A stretch of DNA of 60,429 bases, the filler included, from Dimargaris cristalligena (lineage: Eukaryota), in NCBI GenBank assembly GCA_003614675.1. It is 2 parts of 2 records of this genome, joined end to end, with 100 filler letters (N's around TTAATTAATTAA, not from the genome) between each part and the next. Parts side by side here need not be neighbours in the genome. Positions count along the whole stretch, not along the records: positions 1 to 30,188 come from ML002464.1; 1 more part is not named here. One strand, given 5' to 3'. The translations under genes were made by a program, and so were the position numbers. Shown in pieces: positions 11,400 through 23,966 of this stretch. The notes under the pieces were generated by a model. The model did not search any database. It had not been told where the DNA came from and worked only from the letters and a program-made list of their open reading frames with translations. Numbering within the stretch: position 1 is the first letter of the stretch; every line of letters starts with the position of its first letter.

Positions 11400-12400
11400 C
11401 CTATATCTATTAAGCACACTGATGAAGCCATTCCCGCTGATAGCGCGGTATGTGTGTCACCCGCACACTTATCTCTCCCCCGCTTCGTCCTCGTCCTTGC
11501 CCTCACCCTCCTTCTTCTCCCGACTAATACTGTCCTACCCTTCCGCACAATTGCCGCCGTAGATGAGTAAACTAATTGCTCTATCTATCTATACAATAGA
11601 CCTCTATATTCCTTTAGGACAGATATCTTCATCAATATAAGGTAGGACAGGCCGAAGTGTTAACCAGCTTTGTGATTGGGCTGGGCGGATCCATCGGACC
11701 CCATGGCCTATCACAGATGCGAAGTCCTCCAAGTTGGCGTCACTGGGCTGTTTCGAACAACACTCCGGCACTACCGCATTAACGAGTACCGCCCATATCT
11801 CTCTCCCACCCTTCCTCCCTTTCTCACTCACTTCCCTCCTACACCTCCCGCTTTGGCCCCTCTCCCCTCTCCTGGGCTGGTCGTTAGGACCCTAAGGTAA
11901 AATGGACTGGCCATCAGTAATGGCCTGCTAGTGGATAAGGTCGGGGACGCAAATTGGTCTGTGTGACTCCGACCTGTCCATAACCACCGTTCCTCCCCTA
12001 CCCGCTCGCCGAATTTCGGGTAATCCCCCCCTCCTCTCCTCTTATTTCTTGAATCACGCTAAACTGCATTAGTATGGGTTTCTATATATAGCGACAGAAA
12101 CTATAACTATCCGCAGTCCTTTGGGGGGCCGGGAACGAAGATGCACCCACCCTCCTCCCCGCGTGCCGGTGAATAAGGGAATGTCCGTCCGTATTAACTA
12201 TAGAGACTGAGCCAATGTAAGTGGTAGTCCAATAGGCATAGAGATTCAGGGTGTTGCGTAGTCCACAGTCGTAGCGGACTGTCATCCCCCCCCCCAATTA
12301 TCCGCAACCTACTCGACCGAAATCTTCGTCACTGACCTCGTGATATGTGTGACCCTCCTACCCACCCAGCAGCATCGCTCGATGACTTTTTTATTATATA
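11400..12400 (+). ncRNA. Putative spliced non-coding or short-ORF transcript with micro-exons and structured introns
   Basis: Donors GTATGT 11448, GTAGGA 11642, GTAAAA 11897 and GTAAGT 12217 alternate with acceptors TAG 11599, TAG 11887, CAG 12116 or TAG 12203, and CAG 12369. Introns are ~150-250 nt with branch-like CTAAT/CTCAC/CTGAC. No long ORF is present. Confidence 0.35.
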
Positions 12401-13551
12401 TATATATATTTGATCCTTTCCATCCTATACCTCCCGAACCCGAATGTATAATCCCTCCCCCACCCTTCCACCAACCCCTTCAGGACGATGCCAGATTGTA
12501 AGGATGAGGCAAGGGGTGGTTTAAAATGAAATGAAATGGCACTATAATAATATAAGTACAATAGCACCGAGAATTGAATCCAGATGATCAAGACTTACTT
12601 ACACCTCTCATCACCCGCCCTCTCGCTGGGGGTATTGTTCCCCCCCACTCCACTCTACTCTACTCCACCCCACTCTTTGCTCATACTTACTTCACCATGC
12701 ATGAGACGGACTGATAGAGTGGTTCTTGAGTACTTTTTGGCGACAGGCTTGTACTTTATCAGAACGGACTCACCTCCCATCATTATCTATTTTTTTAATA
12801 ATAATAATAAAATAACCATTGATGGATAGAGTAGCAGCCACCCAATTGCCAAAATGACCACGTTTACCTCTTTCCCCTACTAGGTAGTGGTCCACCCCAC
12901 CCCCACTGGCCGGTCCCATTGCATCGGTCTTACCATCATCAATCGACCCCCAGTGATTTTGTGACAGCCTCGTGACTAATGGCCCCTAGCAGGGGTCCGT
13001 GTATAGGTATGACAGCCCATTTTACACAGCAGCAACAGGGGAGTGGTGAAGAAGGTGGTCACTTATATATATATATATATATATATCCTATAGATAAAAT
13101 GAGGGGAGTCTGGAATAGAGAGCGACCCTCTCCATCAGTCGACCCACACGTCCACCCCATCAGTGCGTGTACATCTCTCATCTCATTATGGAGCTGATAA
13201 AGACTGAGGGGTTCTTAGATCACAATTACAAATCGGAGCCGTACAGGGGAGGAGAGAGAGGTGTCATTGCTTGGTAAGCAACGGAGGCTCTGTATACCTG
13301 ACCAATAACGATGAAGGAATAAAAGATTTCTCCTCAGCGAACCCACCCTCCCTTGTGTATCGCTCCCTCGCCCTCATTGCCATATTTCCGGCTTGTAACA
13401 CACTCACTTTTCCAGGCGGCCACCCTGAACTTCGTTACTTTGATGCCAACGTCAGCCGGTGACGTCTAAAAAAAACGCACCAACGTGTGGGGAGGGACAC
13501 CACACCACACCACGTACTCCACTCCCGACTTGGGATCTTAGTATCTATCCA

Positions 13552-13595
13552 TCCATACATACATACATACATCCATACATATATACATACATATA
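13552..13595. repeat. (TACA)n microsatellite
   Basis: Directly visible. Confidence 0.8.
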
Positions 13596-14670
13596 TAGAC
13601 ACACACGCGCAAAGTAATAATGGAAAGCGAAATCCCAGTCACAATCTATCTCACCTGGAGTGTGCCAATAGTGGACCCCCCTCCACACTGTTCTAATCAC
13701 TAACCCTAATACTAATAATCCATCAGAGTAAGTATGCGTTCCCTATATATTGCCCCTTCCTTGATTCGCCGAGAAAAACAAAGCTGTATCCCGCCACCAC
13801 GCAAGTCGAGAGTGTATGTGTGTGCCCCTCCTTCCCATTCTCCTCATTGGTGTAAATCCCTGAATGTCGGTACGGTAGCATCGCAAGGCGGATTTCGGGG
13901 CTCTGTAATTAACTTTGGCTCTTTTTGGCGATTTATTTGATTATATTTTGACGTATTTAGGTTGTCCAATCAAAATGGTACATCATGGCTCACTTGCGCC
14001 ATTTTGTGAGTCACCTGATCTCCGACGTTCCATTTGGGGTGGCGGCCATCTCTCTGTCTCTCTCCACTCGTTCCTGTTCTTTTCCTTCTTCTCTCACTCT
14101 GTAACAAGAATAAGGAGGCCCTTGCCAATTATTTTATTTACATTTATATTAATATTTTTGGGGGTCAGTGGAAAATCCCCCCACTTCGCTTCCATTTGCC
14201 ACTACACTACATCAAGGAAAACAATCGACTCAGGGTGACATTAACATGGCCGTATTCTAAATGGTGCGATTGACTGTCCCATTCATTAAGCGTATTAAAT
14301 GGAAGGCCCGACTAAACACCCCCCCCCCTATAAAAGTAGTATATTACTACTACTAGTGGAGTGAGTACGGCCCATAATGACTCGCGGGGTATTTGCAGGG
14401 TGGCGGCTTATTGTCAGCAGATTCCCCCTCTCCCTGGATCGCAGTAGTGACTCGTTATCCCCCCACCATGCGTGGCATGCAGCTAAATAGGAAAAGGGGG
14501 CCCGGGGAGAAGGACAAGAAAGAGAATTTAGCAGTCCCAACAACGGACTGATTTATTGCACGGATTTTTAAGGGAGTTTTGGATGAATTTTTGATGGACT
14601 TCAGTCCCGAAGGTTGGGGAGAAGGGCACCACCACCTCCCACCTATGGGCATATCTTCGGTCTTATTTAT

Positions 14671-14718
14671 ATATTATTATTATTATTATTATTGTTATTA
14701 TTATTATTGTTATTATTA
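14671..14718. repeat. (TAT)n microsatellite
   Basis: Directly visible. Confidence 0.85.
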
Positions 14719-15549
14719 AAATGTGATATTATGGGGGGGGGGGCGGGGGGAAAGAGATACATATGACTTCCCAATTGGAGACGAAGCCACGGCTATGATT
14801 AATTCACATCTGCAAATTGGCCATTTGTAAAAACGAACGCCTACCGCTTCGCCCAAGCGAGTACCCAAGAGACACTAACTGACTCACTAGTATAAAGGAA
14901 AGGAGAGGGATGCTTCGCCCCATTTTCCGATCCAATCCCTGGCCTCTAAAGGGGTACATGGCTATGCGAATATTTTTATTTGGCTCACTCGTTGTTGTTG
15001 GGTGCCCCTGGAAACCCAAGTCTTTTCCCGTTCTCTATATCGCTCATCCGAAGGGGAGAGATATAGTGTGTGTGTGTGTTTGTCTTTAGGAGAATTCACT
15101 TGTCCCGTCGCTATTTTAAGAAATCAATCATTGTACTATTTATAGCACCTGATATATCCTTTGTAGGTATTCTTTAGGGGTCGCCTAAGAACTAGAGAGT
15201 TGTGACTGCGAAGCTACACTGTTCACTATCTCCTGCAAGTTTAAAGACAACAGCCGTCTTGGAATACGTGCAATTCGAACCCTTTGATTAAGGAATACCG
15301 GTGTCTACAGTTTAATATTCCTTTTCAAATTCTTTTTACTTGGCTCTCTTTAACCTGCCCCACATCTCATCAGTAGGAGGTGACGTCTAAGGTGATCCCT
15401 TCACCCCTCGTAATACCCATCGCCCAGTATACAAATGGCGTGACTGGCAGAACTAGCCTAGGATGATGATTTTAATTGGTAAGTGATGGATGCTATTGAC
15501 CATGTAACGTACGAAGCTTTTCTTCATTTTTGTCAACATAGGTATATAC

Positions 15550-15584
<35 letters not shown>

Positions 15585-18500
15585 ACCGACCAGTAAAAAT
15601 CCAACCTTTAACCCAGATGTTTGGCTTGATTATCCGCGTTTCAAATCTTGCATGGTTTCCTAGGCCATATGGATTGGTCAAAGCAAGGCATAAGCCCAAA
15701 CTGCCATGTCGATCCCACCTGGGGGAATGGTCCAGCAAGTAAAACTTAATATATACATGACCAAAAGATCGGCGTTTAGGTTTGTGGCTGTTCCAACTTC
15801 AGTATAGTATATAACCTTCATTGGTGGAACAATTTAGAGAAGGGTACTTGTCGGATTATACACCATTACATAATGGGAAGTACCAGTACAGCCAGACATC
15901 GTGTTCTACTATTGACCCATTTTCCCATTGAGTGAATATATGGGGTAAATCGAGACCGAAACGGAGAGAGATGGTGAGTGCGAGAGAAACGGAAAGGGAA
16001 ATGAACCCCTAAAAAGGCAATTAAAGAAGCGCCTGTTTAAAATATGGGAGGACTGTCTCCCCCGGGGTTTGGAATTCAATTCCCTTCTTTCCCGATGACG
16101 AGTCGCCTTATCCGCCGGGTTTAGTATCTCCTCTACCTGGCCCCATCCCCGCTCATCTAAATAAAGACGGGGTTGTTGTGGGGTTCAGGGTTATCTTTGT
16201 TTTAGCGCGGCTATCAGCTCAACGACCATGGTATGTCCGGAGAAACTAAACCGAGGCGGAGTGTGGGATACTGCCGCCCAACTTCCCACCCACGCCAATC
16301 CGGAGGTATGGACAGGCCTCCCAGCTTGATATGGCGTTTCAAAGGGTGGGTTTACTATGGTGTACGTAGGTGGCCACCCTTCTCCCATTCTCCTACTAAA
16401 ATAAGCCATCATAACAATATAGACATAACCAAACGCCAAAGTGGCAACCGTGCGCTTTTTTTTTGGTTGTTGTTGTTGTTGGCTCTATTAGTAGCCAATC
16501 TAGTAGAACGAGTGTTAGTATGTCGGTTTAGAGGTGTGCAAGGGTGGAACTCCAGCCTTTCAATGGATATTGGTTTTTGACCATGTACGTCTATTTATCT
16601 CACTTCCGAGCGTACAGTCCATACACTAGAAGGTAAGGTGCTCAGGCGTTTGTTGCGCTGATGTAAGGGGAACCAAAGTAATGTGGTTCTTTGGGATTGT
16701 TTTAAGTTCAATTAACCGTGTATCCGACTTAAAATAATCTATACACGGAATCAGTCGCCAGAGTCCCCCGGGTTCTTCCCGAATACCACTAAAATCAGAC
16801 CATTTGGCCCTCTAATGATATATGGCTTGTTTTAACAAATGAATATATAACGTCCTCCACTCGACTAGCCCTCTAACCCGCTTATTTTAAACATTTTCTT
16901 TTTCACCTACCCCACCCCCTCTTTATCTTCCTGCGACAGCGGCAACCTACTAAGCCACCTGTCCCAATCCCAATCCAAACCCCCCATTTCATTGATTGGT
17001 GCAGTCCGAGGGTTCAATTTAACACGAATAATTCCTTTCCTTCCATTAGCCGTCATTTCTTGACAATGAAACCTGAAGTCGAACACGTACACCCCTACAT
17101 GTACGTACATATACGCCTAGTAATTCCCATCCCCAGAGACCCCAGTAATAACGAGGAAACCGTTTTACCCGACCCATTGTATAGTGCACTATATTGCAGT
17201 GTACGGATCCATATATAGATATGAGGAGAGAGAAGGGTAAGGCAGAGAAAGTCACACAATAAGTTTTTACAAAGAAGAAACGTTCATTCCAACCCTTTTC
17301 TTATCCCGCCACCCACGCTATACACCCCTATCTGCGGCTTACCCAAAATAGCCAAATAACGTTAGTTTCTCTACTTCTACGGGTAGCATAGTAGTCCACC
17401 CTCATCCCTATTCCCCAATTTTCATGCAGTCCTGAGAGATTATAAGGTTTACCACACTTATGTACAGTGGATTGATTGGAATCAGGTCACTGAGCTGTAA
17501 GGGAAGACGGGTTTCATCTCATGTACTGATTAATCAGAAAACGAAAAATCCGAAAGCAACGACGATTACCCCAGACTGCTGGGCGTGGGGAGCCGATGTG
17601 GATGAGGGATAAGGTATGTGGAGAGAAAGAGAAGGAGGGTCATATGACCAATTTTAGATGATCTGGGAAAGCGATGGCGGCATTGATAACACCTTCCTTG
17701 TTGAGTCAAGAGGGAGATGATAAGGAGAGAAGGCCCTTCATGTCGCGCATGTGTGTAAATGTGTGTGTGTGTGTGTGTTGCAGCTTTTATTTTACTTTAT
17801 ATTTCATATTTTAAAATAGTAAGGATATTAATCATAGCAATCTGGGTTGGTATGGTCTTGCCTGGTAAAACTTATCGCGGTACTTGGTTAGCCGGTTGGT
17901 ATTTTGCCGCTTATTCGAACTGCGACCAAACATGGAATGTAAGGGTGGCGACAGTGCTTCGGGAATCTGGTTTAACCATCCGGTTGGTACACATGGGTGT
18001 GTTTCATGATATTTTTTCCACAATGATGCAGGGTGTCGACGGTGTTCCGGGGAAGTGCTGTGGTATAGAGGGTATATAGGTCCCGGAAGCGTCAAGAGCT
18101 CCCTTGGCGGTGGCAGTAGTCAGGCTGGAGTAATTGGGGACGGGGGGCTGGCCTAATAATAATACCTTGGGTATTCGACTAATCAATCAAGTTTATACCG
18201 CCTGTTCTTGAAGTTACCAGCCTGTAAAAGACCAGTATACCTCTTGGGCTATTTTATCCGCCGTTAATTTAGGCACGTCGAGAGGACTGTGGAAGTGAGA
18301 ACCCCCCAGCCATGAAAGCCGCCTCTTTTTCTAAATCTCGACTGGGTCGCATGGCCTTTCTATATATCCCCCCAGCATGTTTTCCCACTACCAACCAACC
18401 GGCCATTTACAAAGGCATCGGATCCGGTTGTCTATGGGCTGTGGGGTGCTATTGGACGGGTTGCTTGGGTCAAGTTGCGCTTTAGGGTTGGGTAAATAAA

Positions 18501-20220
18501 ATAAAACACTGCCACTATCAATTTGGGATAGGGGGTGGGGAAGGAATGCGAAGGCTGTGGGATTCCGCAACCCGTTAAGTCAACTCCACCGCAGTTTTGT
18601 TATGTATTTATTTGTATAGATATATCAGGTAAGCTAATACACCTATCCCACTGACAGGTATAGTCCATGCGGAAGGGGTAAACACTGGGGATGCATAACT
18701 CCACTATCGTTTAACCACCACGCCATAAGGCATGAAAAAGAGGAGATGGGTGCGTGAGTGGGTGAGTGGGTGGAAATGAGGTGGGTGAAAGGGTGGAGTA
18801 GATACGCTGGAGATGTCCCTCGATATGTGCCTGTTGGCATTTCACGGGGATGGATAAGAGGGGGTGGAGGATTCGGCGGGTATACTATGTAGCAATTGGT
18901 AATGTAAAATGTCAATGTGCCGCGCTGTACTATTTTATTCGCCTTTAATCCCCCCAAATCAGTATATCTATTTATATTTAAGTATTTGTGCGAGCACGAT
19001 GATTACCGATTTGAACTACTACTTTCTAATCATAGATCATCTCTACTAAGGAGAGGGGTTTTGCCAGGGATTCTTTCAAGATTCGTGATTAGTAGAAAGG
19101 GGGTGAGGGAGATGGTCACGGAAAAACCTGCGAAATGGTAACGAGGAGGCTGTAGATTTGGCATTCTATTAAACTCAAGATATGCCAGCGTACTATCCCC
19201 ATCTATGCTGGGAATAACGACCAGAGGTGGTGGTGGGGTACGGGGTATTGTTGGTGGAGACCGCAGTGGTTGCTTTGACGCGCATATCAATCAGCCGTAA
19301 ATACAGGGGAAAAGGGAGATGGTACTGCACGGATAGGGTGAGAAAGGATGTGTCACTGGGGTCGTATGCCTAATAAACCACTCTGCAACTCCGGGCCACT
19401 TTTAGTTCCCCAAGTCGAATGGTCCTTATCCATTCAATGACGGGGTATGAATGAGCCCGCCCAGCCATGGTGATGTTGAGCATTGCATAATCATTTCTTT
19501 CTTTTTCTTTGATATTTCGATGAGGTAGGCAATACCTGAAAGGATTCATCCGCACATTGTCCAACATTTCTTTAGAAACTATGCACAATTGAACTCGCAC
19601 ATGACTCGGCGCATGCTATTTTTATTTTTTACTGAATAGAAAAGTGGGATATAATTACATGAACCAAACAACAAGAACGTAGGTTCTTCGCCTAAAGATA
19701 GTACAGACACACCAACATCAGCCGAGTAGAGGATATCGATGGCCACAACCGAAGGTGGTTGGGGGGTCAGTGATTGAACCGGGTCGGATCTGCCAAAAAA
19801 TAATAATAAGAATAATAGTAATAGTAATAGTAATAGTAATATATATATTCTCTTATTAAAATATGGAGGGGAGGGGGAGGGTAAAATCCGGACAAACAGT
19901 ACGGTGAAATTCTTATACATAACCAGTCAAGGCGTAAACTAATAGTTAGGTAAGGAGAATAATAAACAAGGGAGGGTCCTGGAAAAGACGGAGTAGGTAT
20001 ATATATATATATATATATACGGGTCCTTTCACTCTTCATGGGCGTGAATGTGTATGCTGGGTTAGTGCCACGGTCCGCTACTCCAAATTATCCCACGTTC
20101 ATTAACACTGAGCATTTGAATTCCCGCCTCACTGCACCTCCGGTGTCAAGGACCAACCCCATCAATGGGAGAACGCCTTGGCTAGCTTCGCTGCCTATAA
20201 TTAGGGATGTCCCATTTAGC

Positions 20221-22335
20221 CTAATCGAGACCCCGTAAAAACCCGAAAATGAAATTCAAGAGTATGCCTGTCCATAAACCTAAAGTTCATGCAGTAGGTG
20301 GCGGATATACCATGAACCGAAAGGGGGGCGTGTGTAAAAGCGAATATATATATATATATAATAATAGCAATAGGTTAATATCATTCCAGGGCTCAATCAT
20401 ATATCCATTGAACCGCAATAGTAAATGCCAAATGAGTGACATTTAGGCATGTTATGCGGCCGAATTGATATGTCCATCACCCAAAGTACTAACACCAGCC
20501 CCACTCGCCCCAGTCTCTTCTTCAACGAAGCTCGTCCAGATGGTTTGCCGGGCCAGTTAACCTTACAATGTCTTGTGCAGTTGGAAAACATGCCAGATAA
20601 TTCAACTTACCGGCTTTGTGCTGCGGACTCATATTCTCCCGGTACCACAGTGCCGACAACATGCCCAGGAAGAACCCTACGATAAGTCCATTGAAAAGTT
20701 GGTTATAGCTTTCACCATTTACTAAAGTACACCAGCAAAAGTAAAACACACACACACACACAACGACAACCAACCAGCAGATAATGAACCAGCATCCATT
20801 CAGGACGAAGGAATATACATAATTAATCAGGATTAGTCAAATTAGCGGAGGAGGTGAGTTGGCGTGGTAAAGTAGACCGCCGGGATAGTGAGTAGGGCGG
20901 GAGTTATTGGTACATCAAACTTACCACCGTCAACGGCCGCATTCTGGCCTCCGTCGTCCATCCAGGTCTCTTCAAGATTGCGAATATTTTCATCGTTTTC
21001 TAAAAAGGCCCCCCCCCCGCATCAAATAGTATAGGTAGGTGAAGGTACAGTGGTGCCAGGCCAAGGCAGTTAGTAATAATACCGATAGCTTAGGGGTTGG
21101 GAGGTTCGTCGGCCTCGGCTTCAACCAATATTACATGCAATGTCTAACCAATACACCGATATATGTGTTAGGCATAACCCCCTTGCTTACCGGCATTGGC
21201 ATTAGTGCCTTGGAATAAATGGAATTGCTGCCGAAAATTAGCAATATCCTGCTCCGAAAAGCCGGCCTCCCGCAAACGGTCGAATCCCACGGGCCGATTG
21301 TGATTGGAGGCCTGTATCAATGTATATAGAATGGGTATATAGGTCAGTATTAGCAAGATCGGGTTAGACTATATCACATGTAAGGATGAATATGTCCATA
21401 TGTATATATATAAAGTCCGTGCTGTGTCATAAGGTAGATAACCTAGGACCCACAACAGCCGGCGGGGTGAAAAATAAATACATAATAATCCGTCAGATGA
21501 CCACTTACCGAGTCTTGTTGGGTAGTTGATTCCGCCGGTAGATCAGCGGGCTCTGGGGCGTCCGAGACTGAACAGTGTATAAAAATCGGGAGATCCCCAC
21601 CCTCTTCCGAGCCTGGTGTTGTTCCCGCCCGCTGACTAAGTTCCACTGCGGCCCCTTCGGACTGTTTGCCCCACCGCCGGGCTGACATGCCCGCTGGTGG
21701 GGTGGCCGACTGATAGGCGGAAGACGTACTTGGACCACCCGGTACGGTAGCAGGTGTCGAAGCGGGTGGCGGGGCTGCCGATTGGGCTTTTTGGTTGATT
21801 TGGCTGCGTAGGGAGGGGTAATCGATCAATTGGGTGTCCGGCCGGAGTAGCTGGCCGCTGAAAATCAGGCGGAGTTGTTTGGAGGCGAGTGGAGGACGTA
21901 GGACACTAATCTACCCATAGCGTGAATTGATTATAGTAATATAGTCATTCCAAAACAAAAAGAAAAAAAGAGCCAGTGGGTGGGATGGGTTGAAAGGGGG
22001 GGGGGGCAGGGTAGAATTGCCCAGGGTTTGCTATATAATAGTGGGTTAGCATGTCTCTATTACAGGGATAGCCATAGTAGCTCGTCTATTAGGTATAGTG
22101 GCTCATTCTGGAGGGGTTGAGATGCTGCCTTGCTGGGTTAGTGTATCAGTGTAGGGGGGGGGGGAATTGGCAGGAATGGGGGAGTTACATGTACACTTAC
22201 CTCATTCTTGACTTGGTTTACCGAAGCATCGGCCGTGGTGGCCAAATACAGGTCAGGCTGGGTATCGTTGAACCGAATACGAAGTCGAATCGGCCAGGCG
22301 GCGTCAAGCGCACCTTTTGGTGCATGCAGAGCCAT
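20221..22335 (-). CDS. DSC3: DSC E3 ubiquitin ligase complex subunit 3 (UBL domain + C-terminal TM); exons 22335-22201, 21910-21509, 21311-21191, 20999-20925, 20721-20611, 20279-20221
   Basis: The spliced product contains IRLRIRFND..PDL, LRLIFSGQLL, FIHCSVSD, GFDRLREAGFSEQDIANFRQQF, RNLEETWMD and GLIVGFFLG...GLWTGILLNFIFG. All junctions are GT-AG with consistent phases. Confidence 0.88.
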
Positions 22336-23772
22336 GATGGGGGGAGAGAAAGGTCAGGGAATGTGGTCAATGACCAAAGTTGAGTGTTCGAGCCGAAAGA
22401 GTTGGGAGAGGAGGGTAGCGCGAGCCTGACGTCAGCGTTGGGGTCTAACGAAGAGGGAAATTGTACGCGGAAAGGGCACACAACTCTAGATAGGGTTATT
22501 GAAGGGGCGCGATAAACTAAGGAAGGTTTCGTGGGCAATGTGCGAAGGACAAGGACAGAAAGGGAGGGGCGCTTTTAGGAAATGTATCCAACGTATTGAG
22601 GAAAGAGTATGGGCCAACCACTACTGGTGGTGGTGGGTGAGCCATTGGGATGCGTTTTGGGGGGGAAGGCATGGCAATGGGCAGAGAAGTATACTAGAGC
22701 CACCCCAACAGCACCAGGGGGCGTGGCTTGGCAAGGGAAGTAGGTGGTAACAGTCATTTCTTCTATTCTCTAGCTCCCAGTTAAATGTCCCTCTTACCCA
22801 TTCACACACATTTTGTATTTCATTTCATTTTATTTCCGCTGGAAAGGGATACGGATTTCCCCTACCCGGTTTCCCAAAAAGCGCCCATATAGAACAGTAT
22901 TGCTTGGGTATAAATAAATATAGCATTTGTAGTATATACACATATATTGGGCTAATGGATTTCTGCCATTATCCCAAATCAAAAGTTATTCGAATCATGT
23001 CGAAAGAGGAGGGTAAATTTACAAAATCGCGCCCCTGGATATATCCCCTTCCTATTTCAATTTTCCAACTAATCCAGAGGTGACGAACACATCGCCCCCT
23101 CTCCATTATCTAAATACCCAAAAATTCACAACACCCCACATCTCGGCACCACTGATTAAAAACAGTGAATCACATGGTCTATACGCCATAACAAACCGCC
23201 CGTCCGCAATATATATCCCCCCGGTGCCCTTCAAATCAATAGTATACACATACGCATTCTTAACTAAATGGACATTTATACTAACGGATGTGACATTGAA
23301 CGAAGGGAGGGCGAGGGAGCATGGTAAGGTGAGGAGAGGGTGTATGATATGGGAACGGAATATATATCAAATAAAACGAAAAGAAGGGAAATCATACGAA
23401 CTGGAAGGGCAGAATGGTAAGGGGAGAGGTCAGAACTTACGAATACATCACCCCTCCTCTCGGTGTAGTGGAGGCCATTCCATTGGTTACCGAGAGAGTT
23501 GTGGGGGTGGAGAGTATAATAAATGTTGAACCAAATAAAAAATAACAACCGAGTAATTAAGGGGGGGTGGAGAAAGGTATGTTAGGAGGTAAATAAAGCG
23601 TGAGGGAGAGTTTTGTCAGCAGTAAAGTAATATAACCGAAGCACTACATGGGGGATGCGAATAGGTTGAACGGAGGGCGGGATATGGTGGGTGAAAGGGG
23701 AGAATGGGGCGGAGGAAGACAAGAAGCCCTGATATACAGCCAACCACAATCGCACATTATATAACACTATAC

Positions 23773-23810
<38 letters not shown>

Positions 23811-23966
23811 GTTGGAAAAATAGTAGTTGATGCCATTATCTACCTGGGCCATAGGAAATAAAGGGACGAGCATGTGTGGTATATAGAGAGATCCGAAGCT
23901 AACCCGCGTTCCATCATCCCCCCCTCCTTTAATCGATATCTCCCAAACCAAATCACCGTTCCCGGT

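Noticed and set aside
10175-11570. Overlapping 160-250 aa ORFs upstream of NTH1
   Set aside because: They are translations of microsatellite and purine/pyrimidine tracts with no codon bias.
13700-13709. CTAACCCTAA as a telomerase RNA template
   Set aside because: The same motif occurs inside introns elsewhere (~26060 on the minus strand, ~40386), so it is better explained as branch-site-like sequence. No supporting telomerase structure was seen.
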